Part shown: positions 8,295-18,138 of the stretch, one piece after another
Layout: each line of letters starts with the position of its first letter
Numbering within the stretch: the stretch's first letter is position 1
The notes under the pieces: generated by a model
Seen by the model: the letters and a program-made list of their open reading frames with translations, nothing else
Told to the model about the DNA's origin: nothing
Database searches by the model: none
Made by a program: the position numbers and the translations under genes
NCBI GenBank assembly: GCA_963797055.1
Contig: CAWCOD010000005.1
Span: 189,995 to 253,994, forward strand
Reading direction: 5' to 3'
Source of the DNA: an uncultured Holophagae bacterium
GTDB taxonomy: Bacteria > Acidobacteriota > Thermoanaerobaculia > Thermoanaerobaculales > Sulfomarinibacteraceae
DNA length: 64,000 nucleotides

Positions 8295-10130
8295 TTAGTT
8301 CCCCTGCTCGGAATCATCGACGAAATCGACCCGCTCGATCTGGTGGAGCATGTAGAGGAGGCGCAGAATCTGCTCCTCGTCCTTCTCCCGTTTGATCAGG
8401 TCGGCCGGTGTGGGCTGCTCGAGCTGGATTGCCCGCAGCAGTCGTTGCTGACGACCCGAAAGTTGGAGATCGGATGGGAGGTCGTTGCCGGTGGCGATCA
8501 GGCGGTGACGGAGCTGGGCCTCCAACTCCCGCCGGATGACCACCAGCGGCACCCTGTCCTGGACGCCCTCGTGGATGAGGGTGAAGGTCCTCAGATTCAG
8601 GGGCATTCCGGGCTCCGGCGGGAGCACGCCGCGATAGTAGGCGTAGGTGCCTCCGGTCCACGAGAAGACCTCCAGGATCCGGTCGCGGATCTGATCGGCC
8701 AGGTACCGGTACATTGAGTTTGGCGACAGGGCCTTCATGGCCAGGGTGGCCTCCATGAAGCGCAGCCCGTGTTTGGCCGCCCGATCGAGAACGGCGCCGT
8801 GTTGCTCTCTGGTGAGGGCGCCCCTCGCCACGAGGTACTCACCAAAGAACTCTCGTTCCACATTCGAAACCGCAAAGGTCGGCTCGCCGTCCTCGAAAAA
8901 AATCGTCTTGCGCACCGGATCGCGAATGAGATCGAGCTGGCCCGTCTCCCGGGCTTCTCGCAGGCGCTTGAAGAGCCGGGCCACCGGCAGGTGGAGCAAA
9001 TCGCCGTCCATGTCGGGTCTGGGTGCGACGTCCCGGGCCCCCTGGGGGCCCACCGGGACCTTGGGGACCCCGGGAAGATTGAGGGCCAAAGGGTTCCCTC
9101 GGTCCGGCGGCGTGACCTGTTGTTCGGTGGAATCCGGTGAGGTCGCCGAGCTCGCCTGGTGCATGACCTCGTCTCGCGACATCTGCTCCGCCTGCAGCTC
9201 GCTCTCTCGTTCGGCTTCGATCTCGTTGGCGTAAAGATGTTCCATGAACATCCTGAGTTCCACGTCGGACATGGGTCGGCTGGCGTCGTCGACGCTCCGG
9301 AGAAGGTCCTCACGAAAGGCATTGGCGTCCGGATAGCGGTGGGCCGGGTCCGCAGCCAGAACCCGTTCCAGAACCCGCTGGATCGGCTCGGGTAGGTTTG
9401 CGATCCGGCTCCGGTCGAATCCGCCCTGCCGGATGTCGAGCAGCATGGCCATGTCGTTGGGAGCCTCTCGAAAAGGGGCCATGGTCAGCATCTCGGCGAG
9501 GACCACGCCGAGGGAGTAGGTGTCGCTGCGGCCGTCCACCCGGGCGCCGGCCGCTCCCTCCGGGCTGATGTACCGCACCTTGCCCTTAATCACGCCGAGC
9601 TCGGTGTGTTCTTCGCGGTTCTTGGCGCGTGCGATGCCGAAGTCCGTGAGCTTGACCTCGCCCGAGTAGGAAATCAGGATGTTGCGAGGGCTCACGTCTC
9701 GATGAACAATCTCCTGCGGCTGGCCGTCAAGCGAGCGGAATTCATGGGCGTAGTGCAACCCGGCGCAGGTCTCGGCGATGACCCGAGTGGCGAGGCGCCA
9801 CGGGCAACGCTGTTGTTGGGAGACCAGCCGTTGGACAACGCGGAAGAGGTCGCGGCCCGCCACGTACTCCATGGCGATGTAGGGCATCCCGTCTTCCTCG
9901 CCGAGATCGTAGATCTGGACCACGTTGGGGTGCATCAACCTGGACGCGATCTTGGCTTCGTCGGTGAACATGCGCAGGAATCGTTTGCGCTCGAGCAGAT
10001 GGGGGTGGATCCGTTTGATCGCAATGGTTTTTGTAAAACCCCGGATGCCCACCAGCTTGGCACGATACACATCGGCCATGCCGCCGGTGGAGATCTTGTC
10101 CAGAAGAAGGTATTTCCCGAATCTTTTCAT
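8295..10130 (-). CDS. Ser/Thr protein kinase (Hanks type) with C-terminal DUF4388-like domain
   Basis: GGMADVYRA...AIKRI (ATP-binding Lys), HRDVSPRNIL catalytic loop, DFGIA. The C-terminal ~250 aa (LPVARLFKRLREARETGQLDL..IFFEDGEP) resembles DUF4388. Confidence 0.85.
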   Translation of the reverse strand: MKRFGKYLLLDKISTGGMADVYRAKLVGIRGFTKTIAIKRIHPHLLERKRFLRMFTDEAKIASRLMHPNVVQIYDLGEEDGMPYIAMEYVAGRDLFRVVQRLVSQQQRCPWRLATRVIAETCAGLHYAHEFRSLDGQPQEIVHRDVSPRNILISYSGEVKLTDFGIARAKNREEHTELGVIKGKVRYISPEGAAGARVDGRSDTYSLGVVLAEMLTMAPFREAPNDMAMLLDIRQGGFDRSRIANLPEPIQRVLERVLAADPAHRYPDANAFREDLLRSVDDASRPMSDVELRMFMEHLYANEIEAERESELQAEQMSRDEVMHQASSATSPDSTEQQVTPPDRGNPLALNLPGVPKVPVGPQGARDVAPRPDMDGDLLHLPVARLFKRLREARETGQLDLIRDPVRKTIFFEDGEPTFAVSNVEREFFGEYLVARGALTREQHGAVLDRAAKHGLRFMEATLAMKALSPNSMYRYLADQIRDRILEVFSWTGGTYAYYRGVLPPEPGMPLNLRTFTLIHEGVQDRVPLVVIRRELEAQLRHRLIATGNDLPSDLQLSGRQQRLLRAIQLEQPTPADLIKREKDEEQILRLLYMLHQIERVDFVDDSEQGN

Positions 10131-10228
10131 TCAATGCCGCCCATCTGGGCCCTCGGGAGCCAAGTCTAGCCGGTATTGGCCACGAGGTCGAGGCGCTCAG
10201 ATGATCCAGATCACGGTACCATGAGGCA

Positions 10229-10723
10229 TTGGAGGGGTTTGTCGTGGCATATGGACGAATCGTGGTTGCCGCCGCACTACAGCGCTATCTGGACATGACG
10301 CCCATCGCGATTCGAATTCGTGATCTGGGTCGTGTGATCGCCGTCGCACACGGTGCGCCGATTCACCTGTTGTCGGTGGATGCGCCCGTCGACTTGCTTC
10401 CCGGCGTCGAGACCACTGCGGAGAAACTCGAGCGCTACGCTGACCCACTTCGCTCGCAAGGACTCGAGGTCGAAACCGAACTCCGGCAGGGGCGTCCGAG
10501 CCGTGCCATCGAGGAATACGTGCGTGATGTGGACGCCGATCTGCTCATCATGGGCAGTCACAGCAAGCGCGGTCCGATTGATGTCGGACTGGGAAGCACG
10601 GCCTCGGCGATTTCGCGCGAGCTGGCGGCAACGGTTCTTCTGGTTCGACCCACTGAGATCGAGCAGGAACAGGCCCAGGAGCTCATGATTCCCAAGTACC
10701 CGCTGGTCTTTCCCTATGGATAA
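10229..10723 (+). CDS. Universal stress protein family (UspA-like)
   Basis: C-terminal nucleotide-binding-like motif LLIMGSHSKRGPIDVGLGSTA..VLLVRP. The start could also be GTG 10244. Confidence 0.7.
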   Translation: MEGFVVAYGRIVVAAALQRYLDMTPIAIRIRDLGRVIAVAHGAPIHLLSVDAPVDLLPGVETTAEKLERYADPLRSQGLEVETELRQGRPSRAIEEYVRDVDADLLIMGSHSKRGPIDVGLGSTASAISRELAATVLLVRPTEIEQEQAQELMIPKYPLVFPYG

Positions 10724-10771
10724 ACCGAGAACTGTCTGCAGAATGCGGAGCAACGGACCCGGCGAGGAGGC

Positions 10772-11137
10772 ATGGTGACCACCCACGACCTCGGCTACTT
10801 CCGCGTGGTGATTGAAATGGCGCTCGAGGAACCGATGGACATTGTGGACGACGACGGGGGTGACTCGCCGGGTCGGGCCAACGGCTACTACCAGGCATTC
10901 AGCGTGACCGCTGAGAGCTTCTCCCAGGCTGTCGCTTTCGTCGAGGAAGCCCTCGCTGACCTCGTCACCGAGGAGCCGGAGATCGCCGGGTGGCTGGTAC
11001 AAGTCGAGGTGGATACCTGGTCCGAACCGTCGGTGGATCCCGCTGATGAGTTTCTTCAGGATCCTCGGGAAGGCGGCGTGCACTTCATTTCGGATCGCGG
11101 GTTCTTTCTCGCGATGGAGGAAGAGGCAGGGACCTGA
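10772..11137 (+). CDS. Hypothetical acidic protein
   Basis: 121-aa ORF with protein-like composition and no family I recognise. Confidence 0.45.
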   Translation: MVTTHDLGYFRVVIEMALEEPMDIVDDDGGDSPGRANGYYQAFSVTAESFSQAVAFVEEALADLVTEEPEIAGWLVQVEVDTWSEPSVDPADEFLQDPREGGVHFISDRGFFLAMEEEAGT

Positions 11138-11204
11138 GGTCTTGAAACCGCAAACCCCCACACGGCCCTCGTGACGAAGTCCTTCGCTCCTCGTGCCGTC
11201 GACC

Positions 11205-11372
11205 ACCAGCGAGGTGAGAAGGTGAGAAGGTGAGAAGGAGAGGTGGGCGGGGGCTCCGACTTCGCGTTTCGCTACGCTGTGACACGTCTCCCATCTTGAA
11301 TCTTGCATCTTGCATCTTGCATCTTGGATCTTGGATCTCTGGATCTTAGATCGGGTGGGTGGGCGCCCGTTT
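11205..11372. repeat. Tandem arrays (ggtgagaa)x3 at 11212-11238 and (atcttgN)x8 at 11293-11350, each followed by a G-box
   Basis: Direct reading. G-boxes are ggtgggcggggg (11242-11253) and gggtgggtgggcg (11353-11365). The same unit types occur in opposite orientation at 562-890. Confidence 0.85.
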
Positions 11373-11398
11373 GCTAGAGTACGTGGCTGAGGATTCTG

Positions 11399-12133
11399 AT
11401 GGTCATTCTCCGGTCTGTGGTGTTTCTGATGCTCGCCGCGCTGGTCGCCCCGGTAACGGCTCGAGCCGAAGCCGATGTGCAGCTGATCAGTCAGGGGCGT
11501 GCGGTGGACATGGAACGGCATCTGGTGCCCGGAAAATTCGTGGTCTTCGATTTCTACGCCGATTGGTGTGCTCCGTGCCGGATCCTGACGCCGCGGCTGG
11601 AGAGCCTCGCCGCCCAGCATCCGGACCGCCTGGCCCTCCGCAAGGTCGACGTCATCAACTGGGACAGCCCGGTGGCGCGTCAGATGAGGATTCCGGCTCT
11701 GCCCTATCTCGTGCTCTTCGACCCCGACGGTCAGCAGTTGGAGGCAGGAGATGCGAACCGGGTGCTTCACATCCTCGGCAACGAACTCGGCGGGGGAGAT
11801 CATCGGGTGCGTTCGGCGGGATCGGGGGTGCCCACATGGGTGTGGGTCACGTTGTCGGCGCTGCTCGTGGGCGGGAGTCTGGCCATCTGGGCACGAGGCC
11901 GAGGATCGGAGGCCCCGGCCGACCCGCCGGCCGAACGTCCCACTCGGGATGTGGCCGACGTCGGGCAGCCGAGAATCTGGTTCGTCATGATGGGTGAACG
12001 TCTGGACGGGCCGTTTTCCATGACTGACCTGGGTGATTTCAGGCGATCCGGCGAGCTGGGGACTGGTACCCGCATCCGGCGCAGGGGCGACATCGAGTGG
12101 CGTTCGCTCGACGACGAACTGGGCGCCGGCTGA
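11399..12133 (+). CDS. Exported thioredoxin-domain protein with a TM helix and a C-terminal GYF_2-like domain
   Basis: Signal peptide MVILRSVVFLMLAALVAPVTARA, WCAPC active site, TM WVWVTLSALLVGGSLAIW, C-terminal WFVMMGERLDGPFSMTDLGDFRRSGELGTGTRIRRRGDIEWRSL. Confidence 0.8.
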   Translation: MVILRSVVFLMLAALVAPVTARAEADVQLISQGRAVDMERHLVPGKFVVFDFYADWCAPCRILTPRLESLAAQHPDRLALRKVDVINWDSPVARQMRIPALPYLVLFDPDGQQLEAGDANRVLHILGNELGGGDHRVRSAGSGVPTWVWVTLSALLVGGSLAIWARGRGSEAPADPPAERPTRDVADVGQPRIWFVMMGERLDGPFSMTDLGDFRRSGELGTGTRIRRRGDIEWRSLDDELGAG

Positions 12134-12152
12134 ACTCGAGAGTTGGCCGGTC

Positions 12153-13418
12153 GTGAATCGTCGTGATGCCCCCGGTTTCCGCTGGTTTCGCCTGACGTGG
12201 ATTGGGCCGGGGTTGGCGGTGGCGGCAACGGGCGTGGGCGCCGGCGACCTCCTGGCAGCCATGCTCGCAGGAGCCGGTTTTTCCGCCACTCTGCTGTGGG
12301 TGATCATCGTCGGCGCAGCCCTGAAATTCACCCTCAACGAGGGCGTGGCGCGCTGGCAGGCAGCCACGGGTACGACCCTATTGGAGGGATGGTGTCTGCA
12401 TTTGGGGTCATGGTTTACCGGCGGTTTTTTGGCCTACCTCGTGCTTTGGTCCTTTATCGTCGCCGGAGGCTTGATGAGCGCGTGCGGCGTCGCGGCTCAC
12501 GCCCTGGCGCCGATGGTGGGCATCAAGACCTGGGCCGTCTCGCAGTCCCTGCTCGCGGCCACCCTCGTGCTGGTGGGAGGATACGGCCTTTTCGAGCGGG
12601 TCATGAAGCTGCTGATCGGGATCATGGTACTGACCCTGCTGTTCAGCGTTGTGATGGTGGCGCCGGATCTGATGTCGATGTTACGTGGTCTGGTGCCGAC
12701 TCTGCCACCGGGCTCCGCCGCCGCGACCTTGAGCCTTATGGGAGGTGTGGGCGGCAGCGTGACCTTGTTGTCCTACGGATATTGGATCCGCGAGAAAGGC
12801 TGGGCAGGGGTTGGGGCCATGGAGAGGATTCGCGTGGATCTCGGTTTGGGCTATGCGCTGACCGGGGTGTTCGGCATCGCCATGCTGCTGCTCGCGGCAA
12901 CCGCCTTGGCCGGGGCGGGAGGCATGCCCGCCGGCAGCCAGGGCTTGGTGGTGTGCGCCGACGCGATCCGGGACTCGACGGGACAGAGGTTGGGGCCGGC
13001 TGCCGGTCAGGCCGTTCGACTCATCTTCCTGGTGGGCGTTTGGGGGGCTGTGTTCACCAGCACCCTGGGCGTATGGCAGGGAGTGCCGTACCTGTTCGCG
13101 GATTTTCTCGGCATCCTCCGCGGCCGCGGGACCGAGCCGGTGGATACCTCTGGCTGGACCTATCGCGGCTACCTGCTCTTTCTGGCGGTTCCACCCCTTG
13201 TGTTGGTGTTTTTCGGTCGACCGATCTGGGTCATTACGGTCTATACCTTGACCAGCGGCTTGTTCATGCCCGTGCTTGCGGCCGCCCTGCTGTGGCTGAA
13301 CTCGCGGAAACGCCTGGTGGGAGATCTTCGCAACGGCCGCCTCGTCACCGCGGCCTTGCTGCTGGCGTTGGTTCTGTTTGGAGCCATCGCCGTGAGGACC
13401 GCGATTGATCTGTTCTGA
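12153..13418 (+). CDS. NRAMP-family (MntH-like) membrane transporter, divergent TM1 motif
   Basis: IGPGLAVAATGVGAGDLLAAMLAGAGFSATLLWVIIV aligns with the NRAMP TM1 region, but the canonical DPGN reads GAGD(L). I chose GTG 12153 because the ORF-track start 12033 overlaps the upstream gene (stop 12133). Confidence 0.7.
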   Translation: MNRRDAPGFRWFRLTWIGPGLAVAATGVGAGDLLAAMLAGAGFSATLLWVIIVGAALKFTLNEGVARWQAATGTTLLEGWCLHLGSWFTGGFLAYLVLWSFIVAGGLMSACGVAAHALAPMVGIKTWAVSQSLLAATLVLVGGYGLFERVMKLLIGIMVLTLLFSVVMVAPDLMSMLRGLVPTLPPGSAAATLSLMGGVGGSVTLLSYGYWIREKGWAGVGAMERIRVDLGLGYALTGVFGIAMLLLAATALAGAGGMPAGSQGLVVCADAIRDSTGQRLGPAAGQAVRLIFLVGVWGAVFTSTLGVWQGVPYLFADFLGILRGRGTEPVDTSGWTYRGYLLFLAVPPLVLVFFGRPIWVITVYTLTSGLFMPVLAAALLWLNSRKRLVGDLRNGRLVTAALLLALVLFGAIAVRTAIDLF

Positions 13419-13455
13419 TATCCCTTCGCCCGCCGAACCAGCGACTGTCCGCCCG

Positions 13456-13645
13456 GTCGAAAGCCCAAAGTCGAAAGTTGAAAGTCCCCACCCTCCCGTT
13501 GCGAGGGGGCGCGAAAAGCGGGCGTGCCGTCTTCGGGCGCATTGCGAACGCGCTCACCCGGTGCCAGGCACCGTCGAAATCAAATCGTAGTACGAGGTCG
13601 ACACATCTGCAGCGGTGCCTGGCACCGACACGAATTTCGAATTGG
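13456..13645 (+). repeat. Intergenic composite: gtcgaaag units, GC 5' box, GGTGCCAGGCACC hairpin cassette (copy B1), heptamers
   Basis: GAACGCGCTCACCCGGTGCCAGGCACCGTCGAA (13546-13577) pairs with GCGGTGCCTGGCACCGACA (13612-13630). It is preceded by GGGGGCGCGAAAAGCGGGCGTGCC. Confidence 0.8.
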
Positions 13646-13649
13646 ACCG

Positions 13650-14036
13650 CTACCCGCCCTGACGCAACAGGAGGATCGGTCCCTCGCCGCGGAGGACAAA
13701 ATCGTCCATCGAGTCCAGCAGGGTGTCGAGCTCGATGCCGATGACCCGCCTCGGGTAGGGCGCCACCATCGTGCGTGTCTGTTGGGCGATCTGGCGAGCG
13801 CCGCGCACCTTGCGTGCCTGCCGGGCAACCACGGCAGTGACCGCGTTGGACAGTCCCTGATAGAGACGTTTGTGGGCATCGGTGGCTTCGAGCCACAAGT
13901 CCTCAGCCACCTCCTGTGCTTCGTCGTAACGGCCTTGGTTCAGCAACAGCTCGAGGCGGAGCAGCTGGCGGCGGTCATCTTCGGCAAGATGTCCGCGATC
14001 TTCGGGAATCGATGCCGGATCCATAATGGTCATCAT
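13650..14036 (-). CDS. DUF309 domain protein
   Basis: LLLNQGRYDEAQEVAEDLW...YQGLSNAVTAVVARQ matches the DUF309 helix pattern (FN.g.Y.eaHE.lE.lW ... GLIq.A). Confidence 0.65.
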   Translation of the reverse strand: MMTIMDPASIPEDRGHLAEDDRRQLLRLELLLNQGRYDEAQEVAEDLWLEATDAHKRLYQGLSNAVTAVVARQARKVRGARQIAQQTRTMVAPYPRRVIGIELDTLLDSMDDFVLRGEGPILLLRQGG

Positions 14037-14174
14037 CGCGGTGATTCTACGTGATCGGCCGTTTGGAGGGAACGCAGTCGAGGACGGGCTGGTTACCCTT
14101 GGTGCATAACATTACCGTGGGTTTCCTCGTATGTTCTTGCGCGGCCCTGACGGCCATTGGGTGATTGATCGGAT

Positions 14175-16010
14175 GTGGAGGGTTGGTTGGCTCATCGTGT
14201 TCTGACTGTGTTGGCGAGCGCCCTTGTGATCCTGTGGGTGGGGAATGTGGCGGGTCAAGAAGCGACAGCGATTCCCGAGCCCGTGGCGGTCGTTGATGCG
14301 CCGGTTGTTTCAGAGGTAGTTGTCGAGGGCTCGGAGGAGCCGCTGCCGGTATTCGTGGGCGAAGTGGATGTCAGCCTGATCGGTCTGTACGTCAGCGTTG
14401 TGGATTCCAAGGGGCGACCAGTCGCCGGGCTCACCAAGGACGACTTCGAGGTCTTCGAGGGTGGTGATCCGGTGACCATCACCAACTTCGAGGCGATTGA
14501 TCGCCAGGAACTCAAAGCACTGGACATTGACGGCGCCAAGCCTGCGCAGGGTGAAAGTCCGGAGGGTCGTTCCGTCGTCATTCTGTTCGACAGCCCGAGT
14601 CTCGAGCGTAAGACGCGGAAACGGGTCATCAAGGCGCTCCGAGAGTTTATTGCAGAGGGTCTGCGGCGGGGCGACCAGTACATGATCGCGGTCAACACCG
14701 GCCAGCTCGAAATCGTAAGGCCATTTTCCACCGACGAGGTGGCCCTCCACGCCGCGCTCCAGGTGGTTGCCGACAGCCCGTGCGGCGGTGATTCGAGGAA
14801 ACAGAGCAATCGTTATCTCAAGCGAAATATATATGGCGAGAACATTTATGACGCCCCAATGATGCCGGGGACGGCGAATCCCAGTCTTGCCGCGTCGGCG
14901 ATCATGAGGGCCAACAGACTGTTGGCCGGGATCGAGAGCATGCGGCGGATCGAATACGAGCGGATCAATCAGGCCCTGAGTGTGACCGACGAGATGTTGC
15001 GGGCGATGGCGGGAATCGAGGGTCGCAAGACGGTCGTTTGGATTGGTGAAGATCTCGCGATTCAACCCGGGTACGACGTCTATGCGGTGTGGTACAGCAG
15101 GGTGCAGCCCCTGGCGGCTGTGATGCCGGTGGATCAGCCCCATATCTGGGGCTCTCAGCTGCAACTCGATCGCCAGTTCGCCACGGTCGCCGCCAACGCA
15201 CAGGCGGCGGGGGCCACGATCTACGTTGTCGACGCCAGCGACCGCGATCGAGAGATGGCGACGGCAGATTTCTCACCATCGAATGCAACGTCCTTGTTGA
15301 TGGCCGAGTCGGGCGGTTCAGCCTGGACACCCGGCGTCGATTTTGCCGCGGTTCGAAACCTCACCGAGGGTGGCGAGTTCATGGCGGTGGCCACGGGGGG
15401 CGCGGCCTTCGGAAACACCAGGAACATCCCGAGTATCCTGGATACCCTGGCGGACTACGTGTCCACCTACTACTACATCGGGTATCGCAGGGAGGGACCG
15501 CCGGACGGCAGGCGCCACAACATCAACGTCAAGGCAAAGGGTCAGGGAATGCGAGTCCGTCACCACGAACAGGTTTTGGACAAGACGGCACCGCAGAAGT
15601 TGGCGGACCTTGCGATGTCGAGGCTTCGACTGAACCTCGGCGACAACGGGCTCGACCTGGCGGTTCAACTCAACGAACCCGAACAGTTGGACGGCAAGAC
15701 CTTCGTGCTCCCGATACAGCTCACCATGCCAGTGGACAAACTGGTGCTTCTGCCCGATTCGGACAACCACATCGGCCAGATCCTGGTGGCGGTGGCGGTG
15801 CTCGACGATGACGGGCGGACCGCTCCGGTCCGACTCATCCGGCTGCGCCTGACCATCCCGTCGGAGCGGTACAACGAAGGCGCGATCGCCAGTCAACCGA
15901 TCCGTTTGAAGCTCGGCGAAAAAACCCAGCGGATCTCGATCGGTGTTCGCGACGAGGTGTCCGGTTTGGAGGCATCGCTGGCAATTCCCGTCGCGGATCT
16001 CCAGCTCTGA
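14175..16010 (+). CDS. VWFA-related Acidobacterial-domain protein (TIGR03436-like), exported
   Basis: GTG start, N-terminal hydrophobic signal. VDVSLIGLYVSVVDSKGRPVAGLTKDDFEVFEGGDPVTITNFE and SVVILFDS fit the family layout. Confidence 0.75.
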   Translation: MEGWLAHRVLTVLASALVILWVGNVAGQEATAIPEPVAVVDAPVVSEVVVEGSEEPLPVFVGEVDVSLIGLYVSVVDSKGRPVAGLTKDDFEVFEGGDPVTITNFEAIDRQELKALDIDGAKPAQGESPEGRSVVILFDSPSLERKTRKRVIKALREFIAEGLRRGDQYMIAVNTGQLEIVRPFSTDEVALHAALQVVADSPCGGDSRKQSNRYLKRNIYGENIYDAPMMPGTANPSLAASAIMRANRLLAGIESMRRIEYERINQALSVTDEMLRAMAGIEGRKTVVWIGEDLAIQPGYDVYAVWYSRVQPLAAVMPVDQPHIWGSQLQLDRQFATVAANAQAAGATIYVVDASDRDREMATADFSPSNATSLLMAESGGSAWTPGVDFAAVRNLTEGGEFMAVATGGAAFGNTRNIPSILDTLADYVSTYYYIGYRREGPPDGRRHNINVKAKGQGMRVRHHEQVLDKTAPQKLADLAMSRLRLNLGDNGLDLAVQLNEPEQLDGKTFVLPIQLTMPVDKLVLLPDSDNHIGQILVAVAVLDDDGRTAPVRLIRLRLTIPSERYNEGAIASQPIRLKLGEKTQRISIGVRDEVSGLEASLAIPVADLQL

Positions 16011-16015
16011 TCTGG

Positions 16016-17958
16016 CTACATCCCGAGCCGCTTCCGAGTCAGCGCCTCGAGCCCACCGGCCAGCACCAGATCCTGGGCGGCGGGGCCGAGGGGTGACAGT
16101 CGAAACTCCTCGCCACGCCAGGTGGCCACCGAGCTGCGAAAATCCACCGACAGATCGCCGGCAGGGATGGTCTTCGACCCGTCCTCCGCTTCCTTCTGAA
16201 ACGCCGTTCGGATCGCCTGTGACAGGGCCGGGCTCTCGAGGCAGATAAAGGCGTTGTTGAAGGCGTTCCGCAAGTAGGTTTGGGAAAAGCTGGCGGCGAT
16301 GACCATGCGAATGCCCCGGTACTTCAGCGCGGTGGCGGCCTGCTCGCGGGAGGAGCCGGTGCCGAAGTTGCGACCGGCGATGATGATGTCCCCGTCGTCG
16401 GCGATCTCTTGAAAGTCGGGATCGTAGTTGGCCATGGCGAACCCCGCCATCTGCTCCGGCGTGAGATCGTCCCGGTACGTCACATCCTTGCCGTAGACGC
16501 CGTCGGTGTTCAGGTTGTCCACGGGCAGCAACAGGGCGCGACCGTGCAGTTGTTCTGGAAATCCCTCGCGGATGTCGACAGATCGGGCGGGGGACGTCCA
16601 TCCGAGATCGGTGAAACTGTAATCGGGGACAGAGTCTCCGAGGTCAACCGGTCCGGTGATGCGTCCGGCGATGGCCGAGGCGGCCACAACCGCCGGGCTC
16701 GCCAGATAGGCCTTGGCGTCTCGGGAACCCATGCGGCCCTTGAAATTGCGGTTGGTAGCCGAAATGCCCACCTCGCCAGCTTCGAGAAGACCCACACCGA
16801 GTCCGATGCAGGCACCGCAGCCCGGCGGCAACGTCTTCGCCCCGGCATCCACGAGTGTCTGCCAAACACCCTTGGCCTCCGCCTCCCGCTGGACCTCCGC
16901 CGACGCGGCGGCGACATAGAGCTCGACGCCGTCGGCGACGCGGTGGCCGCGCAACACCTCTGCCGCCTCGAAGAGGTCGTCGAAGCGGGAGTTCACGCAG
17001 GACAACAAATAGGCCTTGTTCACCGCCACAGGCTCGGCGTCGAAGACGGCCACGGGGCGGGCTACCGCCACCGAGTCGGGACCCGCCACATGGGGCGAGA
17101 CCCGGCCGAGGTCGAGGTGGATCTCGGCGGCGTACTCGGCTCCGTCATCGGGCGTCGGTGGGTGCTCGTCCCAACCCGCGATGTGGTCGCGGGAGAGTCG
17201 CTCCGGGAAGCCCTTCGACGCCAGCCTCGCCTCCCGTTCGCGGAGGTACATGCAGTGACGTCGTCGTAGGGGAACCATCCCACAAGCGCACCCCATTCGG
17301 TGGTCATGTTGGCGACGGTCATTCGCTCAGAGATCGACAGCGTGCCGATCCCCGGGCCGTGGAACTCCACCGCGGCGTTGAGCACCTCTCCGGAGGAGTA
17401 GAGACTGCACAGGGTGATGATCACGTCCTTGCCCACCACACCGCCCCGTAGCCGCCCCTCGAGAACCACCTTCACCGACCGCGGGACCTGCCACCAGGTG
17501 GTGCCGGTGGCCCAGATCGCGGCGGCGTCGGTGCGCACGACCGGCGTGCCCACGGCCGCCAGCGCGCCGTACATGTTGGAATGGGAGTCCGAGGCCACCA
17601 CCAAGCTACCTGGGTGAACGAAGCCATTCTCCACCATCAGTTGGTGCCCGATTCCGGCTCCCGCCGGGTGAAAGACGATGCCCTGATCGCGGGCAAAGGC
17701 CTCGATGGCACCGTACTTGGCGAGGTTGGCGTCGGTGGTGTCCTGGACGTTGTGGTCCAGGGCGAAGATGGGCTGGGCGGGATCCGCCACCCGGACGGCG
17801 CCGATGGCCCTGAACTTGGGCAGGATGGCACCGGTGTTGTCGTGGGTCATCACATGGAATGGACGGATGGTGACCATGTCGCCGGCGCGGACCTCCTGCC
17901 CGGGTGTCAGATCGACCGCGTGGGACTGAGCGATTTTTTCGGTGATGGTCTGCGGCAT
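16016..17958 (-). CDS. Aconitase-family dehydratase, fused large+small subunit (homoaconitase / 3-isopropylmalate dehydratase-like); frame break near 17250
   Basis: ORF 17062..17958 (ASDSHSNMYGALAAVG, MTTEWGALVGWFPYDDVT) continues as ..YLREREARLA.. in ORF 16016..17296 (CGACIGLG, ATNRNFKGRMG, swivel-domain GRNFGTGSSREQAA). The span of 1943 nt is not a multiple of 3. Confidence 0.8.
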
Positions 17959-17974
17959 TTACAATTCCCTCCGG

Positions 17975-18138
17975 GAGATTCCAGATTCCAAATATCCACC
18001 CACCCGCCCGGCCCAAATTTCAGATTTCAGTTTATTCCGGAATACAGGGTGGGAGGGGGAATCTGCAATCTGCAATTTGCAACCAAGAACCTGCAATTGT
18101 CAGCACCCAATTCAAAATCCAGAATTCAACATTCAAAA
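17975..18138. repeat. Heptamer arrays flanking an inverted C-box/G-box pair
   Basis: attccagattccaa; CCACCCACCCGCCCGGCCC (17996-18014); atttcagatttcag; palindrome attccggaat; GGGTGGGAGGGGG (18047-18059); aatctgcaatctgcaatttgcaa (18060-18082); aattcaaaatccagaattcaacattcaaaa. Confidence 0.8.

Noticed and set aside
10277-12367. 696-aa ORF on the minus strand, the longest in this part of the track
   Set aside because: It is antisense to the usp, hypothetical and Trx-GYF genes and runs through two tandem-repeat arrays. Its composition is R/P/G/H-rich with no motifs. This is a typical shadow ORF of a GC-rich genome.
13555-13632. GGTGCCTGGCACC arms as sigma-54 promoters (they contain TGGCAC)
   Set aside because: The -12 element TTGC is not found at the required spacing after TGGCAC in any copy. 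The motif is better explained as a palindromic hairpin arm.
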